Below are positions 27,742 through 35,992 of a stretch of 57,837 nt of DNA, in pieces; position 1 is the stretch's first letter; every line of letters starts with the position of its first letter. Under the pieces are notes generated by a model. The model did no database searches and was not told where the DNA came from. It was given only the letters and a program-made list of their open reading frames with translations. The DNA is taken from positions 1 through 57,837 of IMG/VR virus record IMGVR_UViG_3300042923_000257, one strand, 5' to 3'. The translations under genes were made by a program, and so were the position numbers. Source of the stretch: a virus (lineage: Duplodnaviria > Caudoviricetes).

Positions 27742-27755
27742 CCCGTATCACCCCC

Positions 27756-27989
27756 CTATTCTGTGTCAGTACGCGCCTCCCTGCGCCATGCGCGGAAGTT
27801 CTTCATGTAGACGGCTCCATAAGCGAATGCTGATACCAGGAATCCCCATTGCTGAGTACTCACTGCGTAGGCCAACCAAAGGCCCTGAGCACCGAGGCCA
27901 ACTGCCCAACCCCACTTGCTCTTTCGACCAGCGAGGTAGAGCCCGAAGACCCCAACGGCTGTCAGTAGATAGCTCCAGTAGGGGTTCAT
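27756..27989 (-). CDS. PnuC-like small membrane protein
   Basis: G.YLAG.K..WGW..G...Q.LW..YA...QWG; three TM helices. Confidence 0.6.
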   Translation of the reverse strand: MNPYWSYLLTAVGVFGLYLAGRKSKWGWAVGLGAQGLWLAYAVSTQQWGFLVSAFAYGAVYMKNFRAWRREARTDTE

Positions 27990-28414
27990 ACGGCCCTCAA
28001 TCGCTTGTACAGGTCGTCATCCATGTCAGGTACTGGAGAGCCCTCAGAGGGGCTCTCAGAGCCGTCCTCTGGCTTCTTCTCGAAGGACATGCGCAGTCGA
28101 GCGCGGTCCTCGTTGGTCGCCCCCCACTTCGCAACCCGCTGCCGGATCTCGCCGGCCAACTTGGTATCGCCTAGGTAGAGCTGGTCCACGAGGAGAGTTG
28201 TGATCTCCAGTTCAACCCAGTCGGTTTCCATCCACGTAGCCGACTGAGGAGACTCAGCCCAGGTCTTCCAGAAGCGCTTAGCGCTAGCAGTCTGGACGGG
28301 GAGAGTCTTGGGAAGAGGCCGGCCAGGCTGAGCCTTGGGGCTCAGCTCGACCTCATAGTCATGCTTGTTGCGCCTTACGGCGTTCTCCTTGGGAGCTGGT
28401 CCCCTACTGCCCAT
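27986..28414 (-). CDS. terS: Terminase small subunit
   Basis: GGAGG RBS; MGSRGPAPK..RRN, W...DW, E.RQR.AK.G.T..DR.RLR. Confidence 0.85.
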   Translation of the reverse strand: MGSRGPAPKENAVRRNKHDYEVELSPKAQPGRPLPKTLPVQTASAKRFWKTWAESPQSATWMETDWVELEITTLLVDQLYLGDTKLAGEIRQRVAKWGATNEDRARLRMSFEKKPEDGSESPSEGSPVPDMDDDLYKRLRAV

Positions 28415-28601
28415 TGGGAACCTCCTCCGCAGTGGTAGTGAAGTAGTAGTTCCGGGGAATGGTGTGGCCATAAGAAGCCAGGGTCATATCCCCTACAAGA
28501 CGGTTGATCCTGTCCTGAAGCTCCGCAAGGTCGATCACGTGCTCTTCAGCAATCTGTCCATCAGGGAGCACCTCAACGGAGTGCTCAGGGTGAGAACACA
28601 T
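28404..28601 (-). CDS. Hypothetical 65-aa protein
   Basis: ATG at a TGATG overlap; tiles the operon. Confidence 0.5.
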   Translation of the reverse strand: MCSHPEHSVEVLPDGQIAEEHVIDLAELQDRINRLVGDMTLASYGHTIPRNYYFTTTAEEVPNGQ

Positions 28602-28699
28602 CAGATAGCCCACCTTTGTGGCATCGCTTCCCAACAAAGAAGCGTGAAGCCAATCCAGGCAACGGCCACCATCTCTTCGGTGGTTAGGACTCGTGCCAT
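28601..28699 (-). CDS. 32-aa hydrophobic micro-protein
   Basis: TGATG overlaps at both ends. Confidence 0.4.
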   Translation of the reverse strand: MARVLTTEEMVAVAWIGFTLLCWEAMPQRWAI

Positions 28700-28860
28700 C
28701 AGAGACGAACCCCCGGTATCTGAATGCCCTCAGGAAGCTCGTAGAGGTCTCCAAGGTCGTCAAGCTCCTCCTGGACGGAGGAGCGCCAACCAGAGCGCTC
28801 CGCGGCCTTGGAGGGCCGCTTAACGTCCTCGTAGAGGTACTCGTCATCGAACTCGTGCAT
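28699..28860 (-). CDS. Hypothetical acidic 53-aa protein
   Basis: MHEFDDEYLYED..., coupled to the next gene. Confidence 0.5.
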   Translation of the reverse strand: MHEFDDEYLYEDVKRPSKAAERSGWRSSVQEELDDLGDLYELPEGIQIPGVRL

Positions 28861-29362
28861 CGGCTTCCATTTCCTTGAGCAGCTTCCAGAGGTCCCCGGG
28901 TGTGTAGTCACCCGGGAAGGTGTCAGGCCCGAACAGCTCGACGCCGGCACGGCGGTACGCCTCCACGACGAGCTGACTACAAATCAGATGGCCCGAGTCC
29001 CGCACGCGGTCTCGAATCAACCTCGAAGGCACGCCAAGGCGCTTCAGGGCGATCGACAGGTAGTCCAGGAAGGAGTACGGGGTACCAACTAGATCAAGGG
29101 CTTGCCACATGACCTCTTCCTGTTCCTCTTCCGTCAGAGGAACAAGTCCCGTGGACCACTTGACCACGGGCGAGGCGTCCTCCAGGCGGATCAGCTCGGC
29201 CCCGGAGGGCATGGCCTGAACGACCATGCCGTCACCCACGTAGACGAGAGCGTGTTGGACGGGAGCGAAGTCCCCAACGAACCATTGCCCGAAGGTGATG
29301 AAGGCGCCGGCCAGTCCCTTGATCTTGGTCAGGCCGAAGTCGCCTAGCTTGGGTTCGGTCAT
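28844..29362 (-). CDS. Permuted papain-like NlpC/P60 amidase/peptidase (YaeF/YiiX type)
   Basis: HALVYVGDG...VG.PYS...LICSQLV..AY...TPGDL, His before Cys. Confidence 0.8.
   Translation of the reverse strand: MTEPKLGDFGLTKIKGLAGAFITFGQWFVGDFAPVQHALVYVGDGMVVQAMPSGAELIRLEDASPVVKWSTGLVPLTEEEQEEVMWQALDLVGTPYSFLDYLSIALKRLGVPSRLIRDRVRDSGHLICSQLVVEAYRRAGVELFGPDTFPGDYTPGDLWKLLKEMEADARVR
29009..29021 (-). promoter_or_regulatory. Intragenic operator/stoperator site
   Basis: Reverse complement is GTTGATTCGAGAC. Confidence 0.75.
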
Positions 29363-29525
29363 CAGGTCTCCTCTCCAGTTCCTTGGCTATGTCCCGCAGG
29401 ATGCGGGGGAGTGCGGTGTCAACGATGTAGGGGTAGTGGATGCCTCCAGAGCCCAGCTCGGTGACCTCCCCGTCTCCGATCTGAACGAAGACCTTGACTG
29501 GGACCTCATACCGACTCCTGGGCAT
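29346..29525 (-). CDS. Hypothetical protein (MPRSRYEVPVKV...)
   Basis: GGAG RBS; fills the gap, but the frame stays open to 29232, so the boundary is uncertain. Confidence 0.3.
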
Positions 29526-29736
29526 CTGTGCTCCTAGCGATGGCAGCGTTTGCCCAGAACATAACCTCTTCCAACTTCGTGATGGCAAGGGCCTTCTCAC
29601 GGCCCTCAGGAAGGAGGTCGTTCAGATGGTCGGCAAGCTGCCGGCAGCCCTGCCGGGCTGAAGTGTGCTCGTCTCGCTTCTCCTGCCGGCTGGCAGCATG
29701 GAAGGCAAAGCGATGTTCGATGTCCTTGGGGTACAT
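29506..29736 (-). CDS. Acb2/Tad1-like helical-hairpin protein (putative immune-signal sponge)
   Basis: RF.FH...P.GREKALAITKLEE.MFWANAAIAR. Confidence 0.65.
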   Translation of the reverse strand: MYPKDIEHRFAFHAASRQEKRDEHTSARQGCRQLADHLNDLLPEGREKALAITKLEEVMFWANAAIARSTDAQESV

Positions 29737-29862
29737 GAGTCTCCTAGTCGGGTTCAGGGCACTGAGACCGGTGGCAACCGTGTCTCCAACAGAAGTTCGG
29801 ATCTCTCATCTCTTCTTCTGTAGCCACGCCAACCCCCCGTTGGATGAATGAAGTTGTGTCAG

Positions 29863-29942
29863 TGCGCCGCCTTGGAATCGAACCAAGCAAGCCTCAATTG
29901 GCCAGGGCTTTACAGGCCCCGTTGTGTCCCAGCACTCAACGC
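29863..29942 (-). tRNA. Degenerate tRNA-Tyr(GTA)-like gene
   Basis: Anticodon arm GGGGC-CTGTAAA-GCCCT, variable arm, T arm CTTGG-TTCGATT-CCAAG; short D arm and weak acceptor stem. Confidence 0.6.
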
Positions 29943-30100
29943 AAGACCTCGTCCACAAGGAACGAGGTGTGTTTCAAAAGCCCATCAGGGCCAACCGCCT
30001 CACGACGGGATGTCGGATGCCACGGGGGCTGCAATAGCTCTCTCCTGCATCCTCTGTGCTCTTCTCCCGAGGCAGCCTCAGGTGCCTGAAGCACAGCCGT

Positions 30101-30418
30101 TCAACCGAACTTCCTTGTTTTGGCCGCATGACACGGCCGGCACAAGGTGATCAAATTTTCCAACTCCCAGCTACCACCCCGGGCAACCGGGACCAGGTGG
30201 TCCACCTCAAGCTCGGATCTCTTTCCGCAGCGTTGACAGGCGAACCGATCCCGGGCCAGGACCCGGGCCCTGATGGAGGGCCAGTTTCCTGGGCGGTTCT
30301 GGTTCCTGGCAGATGTGTTCTGCCAGGGCTTCCGGGTTTGGTGCTCCCGGCACCGGCCATCCCGGAAGGTCTTGGTGGTGCAACCCTTGGCCAAGCAGAT
30401 CGAGTGTGCCCTTGGCAT
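30101..30418 (-). CDS. HNH endonuclease (terminase-associated)
   Basis: RD...CQRCG...EVDH..P...GG....NL..LC..CH..KT. Confidence 0.9.
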   Translation of the reverse strand: MPRAHSICLAKGCTTKTFRDGRCREHQTRKPWQNTSARNQNRPGNWPSIRARVLARDRFACQRCGKRSELEVDHLVPVARGGSWELENLITLCRPCHAAKTRKFG

Positions 30419-30494
30419 GCGTGGTTCCACCTCCAAGAAGTCTTCGGCCCAGGCTGGTTACTGATCTGGCAGCCTGGGCCAACTACCCCCTTGG

Positions 30495-30507
30495 ATCTCG
30501 AATCAAC
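30495..30507 (-). promoter_or_regulatory. Operator/stoperator site
   Basis: Reverse complement is GTTGATTCGAGAT, at the head of the late operon. Confidence 0.75.
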
Positions 30508-30523
30508 TAACCTGGAACTAAAA

Positions 30524-30723
30524 AGCCGTCCTCCAAGGGACGGCTACTTACTCAACAGGGAGATCAACAAGAAGGAAACTTATCGGGATCCTCTTTAAGG
30601 AGGATCCCTCTGTAGTACTTACCTTGTCGGGGCTCCTTAAGAGCCCCTCTATGTTTTATCTCTTATCTTCAGTCTAGCATGGTCTTCCAAACTGAGTCAA
30701 CTCGGTTCTTCAAGGAACCGAGT
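30524..30723. repeat. Four near-perfect hairpins with YYAA-containing loops
   Basis: 30524-30545, 30585-30608, 30629-30647 and 30700-30723 in an AT-rich spacer. Confidence 0.7.
30671..30700 (-). promoter_or_regulatory. Leftward HrdB-type promoter
   Basis: TTGACT-18 nt-TAGACT on the minus strand. Confidence 0.7.
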
Positions 30724-30754
30724 AACTAGTAAGTATTTTCTTTTCTCTCTTCAC

Positions 30755-30820
30755 TATAGACGTCGGTGTCACTAGCCCAGGGTTTGTGACACAGGATGTT
30801 GAAGTGAGACCCACATCACA
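30755..30820. promoter_or_regulatory. Tripartite conserved element, copy 1 (copy 2 at 57507-57572)
   Basis: TATAGAYGTCGGTGTCA..GTTTGWGACA..TGAGRCCCASATCACA. Confidence 0.7.
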
Positions 30821-30996
30821 GCCAAGGAAGGTGAGAGTTAGGTTAAGTGCGTTGGCCAAAGGTTACCGGCTGGTCTACGGTGACCAGCAACGTTGCTTCG
30901 AGACCCGAACGCAACGTGTGGGGCCTAAGGGGTAACTGAACAGGAACGCAAGACTCCGTATTGAAGTGAGACACACGTCACATGTTGAAACGAGAG
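30798..30996 (+). promoter_or_regulatory. Repressor promoter region with degenerate operators and Crp-like boxes
   Basis: TTGGCC-18-TACGGT (30852-30881); operator variants at 30798, 30892, 30960, 30984; TGAGA-N6-TCACA at 30805 and 30967. Confidence 0.6.
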
Positions 30997-31096
30997 ACTC
31001 TCAGAGCCGTTACTGACTATGGTGACCGAGTCACGAGGACTGCCGGCCTCGTGTCGAAAGGGCCACTGCATGTAACGCCGCCACGAAGGACATGAC

Positions 31097-31606
31097 ATGC
31101 CCACCAGCCTTCTTCCGCCTGATCATGAGCTTGCCAAGCTCTACCATCGTGACGTCTCGGACAGAGAGATCGCAGAGCGGTACGGAGTCACCGTTCAGGC
31201 CGTGAACAAGAGACTCTCTGCGATGGGCTTGTTCAGGAAGCCCATCTCCAAGCAGGTCAACGAGGCTCTCGCGGCACGGTGGACCATCTGGGCCCCGAAG
31301 GATGGGACCGGTCACCACAACCGGTACAGTGCCAAGGCTCTGAAGGTCTGGCTCCGGAGACAGCTCGGGGACGACACCCTGAGCAAGGCACAGTTGGACA
31401 TGGCTGACCGATGGGAGCGCCGGCTGAGGCGAGACAACCTCGTCCTCTGTTACGACCCCAACACGGAATCGGCGTGGTACTACCGGCCCCGGACACCCCA
31501 GGACGGGAAGCTGGTCATCGACTGGCCGAAGCACATCCCCTTCCCAAACGAGAGGTTTAAGAGGGCCCTGGAGCTGCCCGCGGAGGACGTGCGGCGGACG
31601 CTCTGA
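31097..31606 (+). CDS. Immunity repressor, L5 gp71/Bxb1 gp69-like
   Basis: N-terminal HTH SDREIAERYGVTVQAVN; C-terminal L.YDP....W.Y.PR...D..L.I; ~170 aa; matching stoperator array. Confidence 0.8.
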   Translation: MPTSLLPPDHELAKLYHRDVSDREIAERYGVTVQAVNKRLSAMGLFRKPISKQVNEALAARWTIWAPKDGTGHHNRYSAKALKVWLRRQLGDDTLSKAQLDMADRWERRLRRDNLVLCYDPNTESAWYYRPRTPQDGKLVIDWPKHIPFPNERFKRALELPAEDVRRTL

Positions 31607-31622
31607 GATCCAAGACACAGCG

Positions 31623-31649
31623 AGACCCCCTGTGACCAGGGGGTCTTTT
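31623..31649 (+). terminator. Intrinsic terminator after the repressor
   Basis: AGACCCCCTG-TGAC-CAGGGGGTCTTTT. Confidence 0.8.
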
Positions 31650-31703
31650 GTTTTGGTTAGGTAACCCTAATGGTTGTACTGGTGACTGTGTGGTCATGGT
31701 CAC

Positions 31704-31716
31704 GTTGATTCGAGAT
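31704..31716 (+). promoter_or_regulatory. Operator site
   Basis: GTTGATTCGAGAT. Confidence 0.75.
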
Positions 31717-31799
31717 GTCGTTGAGTGAAGAACCTGTGTACATTCCGTTGTGCAGGTGGACATGTTTAAAGTTCACCAACTGACGCGGGGAGGGCCTAG

Positions 31800-32129
31800 A
31801 TGCTCCGTTTGATCACGTCTCAGGAGGCGGAAGCCGACAAAGGGGACGTACTGGGGATGATCTACAGGGGCAAGATCCGGACAACCCGAACGTGGGTTGA
31901 GACGGATGCTCTCCTGATCACTGAGGTACTCGGTGAATCGTTTCGCTACTTCCTCCTGGTGCTGACGGACGAGGTCACCGAGGACGATGCGGACCAACTC
32001 CACAGATTGGCCAGGGAGTTGAGGAAGAACCTGTGCGACTGCGTTGTTGAACGAGAGAGAGTCGACAAGCAGCACAGCAGGTTCCCGGGTAGTAAGTATT
32101 TCGATCTTGTGACGGTGTATGGAGGATGA
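31800..32129 (+). CDS. Hypothetical protein
   Basis: GGAGG RBS, 109 aa. Confidence 0.7.
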   Translation: MLRLITSQEAEADKGDVLGMIYRGKIRTTRTWVETDALLITEVLGESFRYFLLVLTDEVTEDDADQLHRLARELRKNLCDCVVERERVDKQHSRFPGSKYFDLVTVYGG

Positions 32130-32143
32130 CAACCCCGCCGACT

Positions 32144-32175
32144 GGGGCCATGTCTCGGGAACATGGCCCCTTTTT
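32144..32175 (+). terminator. Intrinsic terminator
   Basis: GGGGCCATGT..ACATGGCCCCTTTTT. Confidence 0.75.
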
Positions 32176-32207
32176 CATGCCCTGTCACAGCTAGACCAGG
32201 AGGTCAC

Positions 32208-33044
32208 ATGAGCCGAGACATCACCACACAGCCGCGGTCTGTCTCCCAGACTGAGCAGTACGAGAAGTGCAGTTGGCAGTTCTATCTCCAGCGAGTTGAG
32301 CGGGTCGTCCCTCGGCCGGCCGCCTGGTCCTTCCAGGGCACGGCCTTCCACTCGGCCGCGGAGAAGTTCGAGAAGGAGTTCAGGGAGCCCACGGCAGAGG
32401 AGATGGTCCAGCTCTTCTCCGACCAGTACAGCGCCATGGTGAACAAGGCGATGGACCAGGAGCCGGATCTGAACCGGTGGATGACTGCCAACAAGAAGCC
32501 TGCCGGCCAGGACATCGAAGAGCGGTACGCCCTGGGGCAGAGTCAGGTAGCTCGGTATGTCGAGTGGTCCAACGAGAACGAACCTGAGATCTGGGTGGAT
32601 GGCGAGGGTTGGAACGGGGCGGACATCTCGGAGGCTCCGACCAACCCCAAGATGGGCCTGGAGCTGTACTTCAAGGTCGAGTTGGGAGGCGTGGTCGTCC
32701 GTGGCTACATTGATCAGCTTCCGTACGACGGAGGCCCTGGAACCGTGAGGGTTCGGGACCTGAAGACCGGAAGCACCAAGTCCGAGTTCCAGCTTCAGAC
32801 GTACAAAGTCGCCGTGGAGAAGCAGTTCGGTCTCACGGTCAACCGAGGGGACTGGTACTTCGGCAAGACTGGGGGCCTGTCCAAGGCTGTCGACCTCTCC
32901 GAGGTGACGGAGGAACAGGTAGCAGCTCGGTATGTGGAGATGGACCAGGGCGTGAAGCGGGGAGACTTCCCGGCGAAGCCGGGCTTCCACTGCAATTTCT
33001 GTGACGTGAGCCACGCTTGCACTTTCAAGCGGACTCGTAGTTGA
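32208..33044 (+). CDS. Cas4/RecB-like PD-(D/E)XK exonuclease
   Basis: RSVSQ..QYEKC, GTAFH, GYID, DLKTG, QL.TY, C.FCDV...C. Confidence 0.88.
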   Translation: MSRDITTQPRSVSQTEQYEKCSWQFYLQRVERVVPRPAAWSFQGTAFHSAAEKFEKEFREPTAEEMVQLFSDQYSAMVNKAMDQEPDLNRWMTANKKPAGQDIEERYALGQSQVARYVEWSNENEPEIWVDGEGWNGADISEAPTNPKMGLELYFKVELGGVVVRGYIDQLPYDGGPGTVRVRDLKTGSTKSEFQLQTYKVAVEKQFGLTVNRGDWYFGKTGGLSKAVDLSEVTEEQVAARYVEMDQGVKRGDFPAKPGFHCNFCDVSHACTFKRTRS

Positions 33045-33069
33045 ATCGAGACAGGAAGTCTGTCATACT
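33040..33069 (+). promoter_or_regulatory. Operator overlapping promoter -35
   Basis: GTTGAATCGAGAC; TTGAAT-17-CATACT; second site GTTGAGTCGAGAC at 33122. Confidence 0.8.
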
Positions 33070-33149
33070 GGAAGTAGGGAGCAGGGGCCCGAAGTCAGGG
33101 CCCCTTCCCTACGGTCCGTTAGTTGAGTCGAGACCCTGGAAGGGGAGTC

Positions 33150-33383
33150 GTGAAGCAGGTCAGCTACAGCGAGGAAGAGACTTACTACGTCGCCGGCCGA
33201 GACGTTGAGGACGCTCGGTACCGGGAGCGTACGGATGATGCAGCCTGCGCCACTCCTCAGGCTGCATGGGATGTCCTCTCGTATTGGGATCAGGAAGAAC
33301 ACGCTTCCGAGTTCGAGGTCTTCAAGTTCGTGACTACCGTTCAGGTCACCAAGGTTGACCCTCCCTACACCTCTCGGAGCTGA
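33150..33383 (+). CDS. Hypothetical protein
   Basis: GGGGAG RBS plus GTG. Confidence 0.65.
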   Translation: MKQVSYSEEETYYVAGRDVEDARYRERTDDAACATPQAAWDVLSYWDQEEHASEFEVFKFVTTVQVTKVDPPYTSRS

Positions 33384-33384
33384 C

Positions 33385-33582
33385 GTGAGTGCACGCGATG
33401 AGGCCCGCAAATGGATGATTGCGGGCAACCCTGATGAGCTGCTTGACAACTTTGCACACGAGCTTGCGGAGAAGCAGCGGGAATGGGCCAAGACTTTTGG
33501 TGAGACCCCGACACAGCAGGCCCTTCGGTCAATTATCAATGAGTCCGCTGACCTTATTGACCCGGAGGTCTCAGGTGTCTAG
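33385..33582 (+). CDS. Hypothetical protein (SAR..E/ADLIDP family)
   Basis: GGAG RBS; paralogous to 33575 and 34878. Confidence 0.7.
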   Translation: MSARDEARKWMIAGNPDELLDNFAHELAEKQREWAKTFGETPTQQALRSIINESADLIDPEVSGV

Positions 33583-33820
33583 CGCCAAGGAAACTCTGGT
33601 CTCGACTCTGGCGAACGCTCTGGCTGTGACCCGTGTTGGTCGGATGGACGCTCACCGTAAGGAAGCAGAGCGGCTGGTTGACGAGGCTCTGAAGGAGCAG
33701 GCTCTTCGCCTCTCAGACAGGGTCCTTGAAGAGGCTTGGCCTCACGAGCGGGACGAGCGAGAGAACGAACTGATTTACAAGATGGCTGACCTGATCAATC
33801 AGGAGGCCCAGAAGTGCTGA
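33575..33820 (+). CDS. Hypothetical protein (SAR..E/ADLIDP family)
   Basis: GGAGG RBS; MADLIN C-terminus. Confidence 0.65.
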   Translation: MSSAKETLVSTLANALAVTRVGRMDAHRKEAERLVDEALKEQALRLSDRVLEEAWPHERDERENELIYKMADLINQEAQKC

Positions 33821-33908
33821 TTGTTCTGACCGCGATCATCTCTCTGTCCGTTGGATTCGTCCTCGGCTTCCTGTCAAAGCCGGCTGAGACGCCTCTGAAG
33901 GAGGCTCA

Positions 33909-34295
33909 GTGAATAGCTGGCACCATGCCGTCTCCGCGGCACGGAAGTGGGGCGGTAGCCCCGAGGACTACCTTCCGATTGAGGAGTTCATTGACTCCTC
34001 CAAGAAGATCATTGGTGATGTACGACACCGGTCCTTGTACCACCACACCGAGGGTACTTGGCTTGTTCAGCGGATCTTCGGTGTGACCCTGGACATTCAG
34101 AAGGGCAAGCGGATTGTGAAGGTGCCGACTCGGCTCATTGCTGAGCGGCACATCATGGAAGACCTGGGTTGGCTGCCTTCGCCGGCCGACTACATCGACG
34201 GTATGCCGGTCAAGAAGTGGATGTCCGGTTCTCAGCGCAAGGAAGTTCCTCTGTCCACCCTTCTCCTCAACCAGCCTTCGGAGGCTTCAGCATGA
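33909..34295 (+). CDS. DUF6915-like protein
   Basis: HA.S.ARKWGG.PEDY..I..F.DSSK....D.RHR...HH..G, AE.H..EDLG. Confidence 0.75.
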   Translation: MNSWHHAVSAARKWGGSPEDYLPIEEFIDSSKKIIGDVRHRSLYHHTEGTWLVQRIFGVTLDIQKGKRIVKVPTRLIAERHIMEDLGWLPSPADYIDGMPVKKWMSGSQRKEVPLSTLLLNQPSEASA

Positions 34296-34801
34296 CGACT
34301 GACACCAACTTCCTCGGTATGCCTGTCTCTGGTGACATCACTGCCGGCTCGACTCGGGTCGAGCAGAAGCCTCTTGAGGAGCTTGCTCCGCTGTTCCAGG
34401 GCCTCCTTGATGATCCCACCATCGTTGAGTTCGGGTGGACGCAGTACACCCCCTACTTCAATGATGGGGAGCCCTGTGAGTTCAGCGTTAGCATCGTGTG
34501 GGTCAAGACCTCGGATGACGAGGTGGACGATGATGAGATCTCTGTCTATGACCTGAACGTTGACTACCACCCGAGCCTTGGCAAGGTGAAGAGCCACTGG
34601 GAGGGTGACTGGCCGAACCGTCAGCACGTGATTGACGGGTACGAGGGTCCGGACGAGGACCGGTACAACCGGTGTAAGGCCCTTTCTGGCGCTCTTCAGT
34701 CTGGGGCCTTCGATCACGTCCTGCTTGAGCACTTCGGGGATCACGCCTTCATCACCGTCCGTAAGGACGGCATCGAAGTTGAGTTCTACTCTCACGACTG
34801 A
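34292..34801 (+). CDS. Conserved phage protein (WTQYTPYFNDGEPC.F motif)
   Basis: GGAGG RBS, ATGA overlap, C-terminal FGDH...Y.HD. Confidence 0.75.
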   Translation: MTTDTNFLGMPVSGDITAGSTRVEQKPLEELAPLFQGLLDDPTIVEFGWTQYTPYFNDGEPCEFSVSIVWVKTSDDEVDDDEISVYDLNVDYHPSLGKVKSHWEGDWPNRQHVIDGYEGPDEDRYNRCKALSGALQSGAFDHVLLEHFGDHAFITVRKDGIEVEFYSHD

Positions 34802-34818
34802 TCTTCTCTGGCACTATG

Positions 34819-34848
34819 GTTGATTCGAGACGCTGAGTCGTGTAGGGT
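34819..34848 (+). promoter_or_regulatory. Operator overlapping promoter -35
   Basis: GTTGATTCGAGAC; TTGATT-17-TAGGGT. Confidence 0.75.
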
Positions 34849-34877
34849 CTCTCTTGTAGCCGAGAGAGGGAGTCGAA

Positions 34878-35078
34878 GTGAGTGCACGGGAAGAGCTGAT
34901 TGAGGCTCTGACGCAGGGCGTAGCTCATTCTTCGGAGTATGCCGGTCTTCTGATCGACAACCTCCTTGAGGAGGCCGTAACGAAGATCCGTGAAGACACT
35001 GCACAGTGGGATGGTTGGCCTGAGAAGCAGTCTGCTATGGGCTACGCAGCTAACCTAATCGACCCTTACGCCAAGTAA
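34878..35078 (+). CDS. Hypothetical protein (SAR..E/ADLIDP family)
   Basis: MSAREEL...AANLIDP. Confidence 0.7.
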   Translation: MSAREELIEALTQGVAHSSEYAGLLIDNLLEEAVTKIREDTAQWDGWPEKQSAMGYAANLIDPYAK

Positions 35079-35141
35079 GACCCCTGAACGCTTAGGGCCC
35101 CGAGACAACACCTCGGGGCCCTTTCGTATGTCTGGAAGAAG

Positions 35142-35981
35142 GTGAGTGTCATCTATAGCTTGGTCCAGAGTGCAAGGATCAAGGGCTCCGCAGGGGAGCC
35201 GATACCCAACCCGTCCAAGGCACTTCAGAAGCTGGACGTCGACTTCAGGCGAGGGGAACTCTCTCTCGTTGCTGCCGGCCCGGGTACGGGTAAGTCCCTC
35301 TGGTCCCTAAACCTCGCTCTCTACGGTTCACTGCCGGCCATGTACTGGTCCGCGGACTCGAACGCTGCTACGCAGCTCAGTCGAGCTACGGCCATGCTGA
35401 CCGGGGACAACGTCCGGGATGTCAAGAAGGCACTCCTGGAGGACAAGTTCCAGTCCTACGAACGAGTCCTCGGAGACAAGTGGTGGATCCGGTTCAGCTA
35501 CGAAGCCATGCCTACTCCGCAGGACATGGAAGCTGATCTGGCGATCTACTACGAGGTCTTCGGCTGCTTCCCTCATCTCTGTGTCGTGGACAACATCACC
35601 AACGTGGACACGGGCGGTGCCGGCGATGCCGAGTCCTTCACCTTCGGGCTGGAGGGTATGTGTGAGTACCTCAACGACATGGCTCGGGAGACCGAGGCTC
35701 ACGTCCAGGCCCTCCATCACGTCACTGGTGAGTACTCCGATGGCTTGAAACCCATTCCCTTGTCTGGGGTGAAGGGCAAGATCGGCCGTGTGCCGAGCTT
35801 GATCCTGACTATCCATCGGGAGCCGGACGAGCAGGGCATGAACCGGGTACTGAACATCTCACCTGTGAAGAACCGTGAAGGCTTCGCAGACGCCTCGGGC
35901 AACACCTTTGCCAAGCTGGAGCTTGACAGCGACACCCTTCGTCTGAAGGACCACGCTGACGCCACGGGTATCAACTTCTAG
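35142..35981 (+). CDS. DnaB-like helicase (RecA-fold ATPase only)
   Basis: AGPGTGKS Walker A, VVDNI Walker B, LHHV, VKNR.G. Confidence 0.85.
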   Translation: MSVIYSLVQSARIKGSAGEPIPNPSKALQKLDVDFRRGELSLVAAGPGTGKSLWSLNLALYGSLPAMYWSADSNAATQLSRATAMLTGDNVRDVKKALLEDKFQSYERVLGDKWWIRFSYEAMPTPQDMEADLAIYYEVFGCFPHLCVVDNITNVDTGGAGDAESFTFGLEGMCEYLNDMARETEAHVQALHHVTGEYSDGLKPIPLSGVKGKIGRVPSLILTIHREPDEQGMNRVLNISPVKNREGFADASGNTFAKLELDSDTLRLKDHADATGINF

Positions 35982-35992
35982 GAGGAGTAGGC

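Noticed and set aside
29965-29995. Hammerhead-like CTGATGG...GAAAC on the minus strand
   Set aside because: The core deviates from CUGANGA and there is no proper stem II or cleavage triplet.
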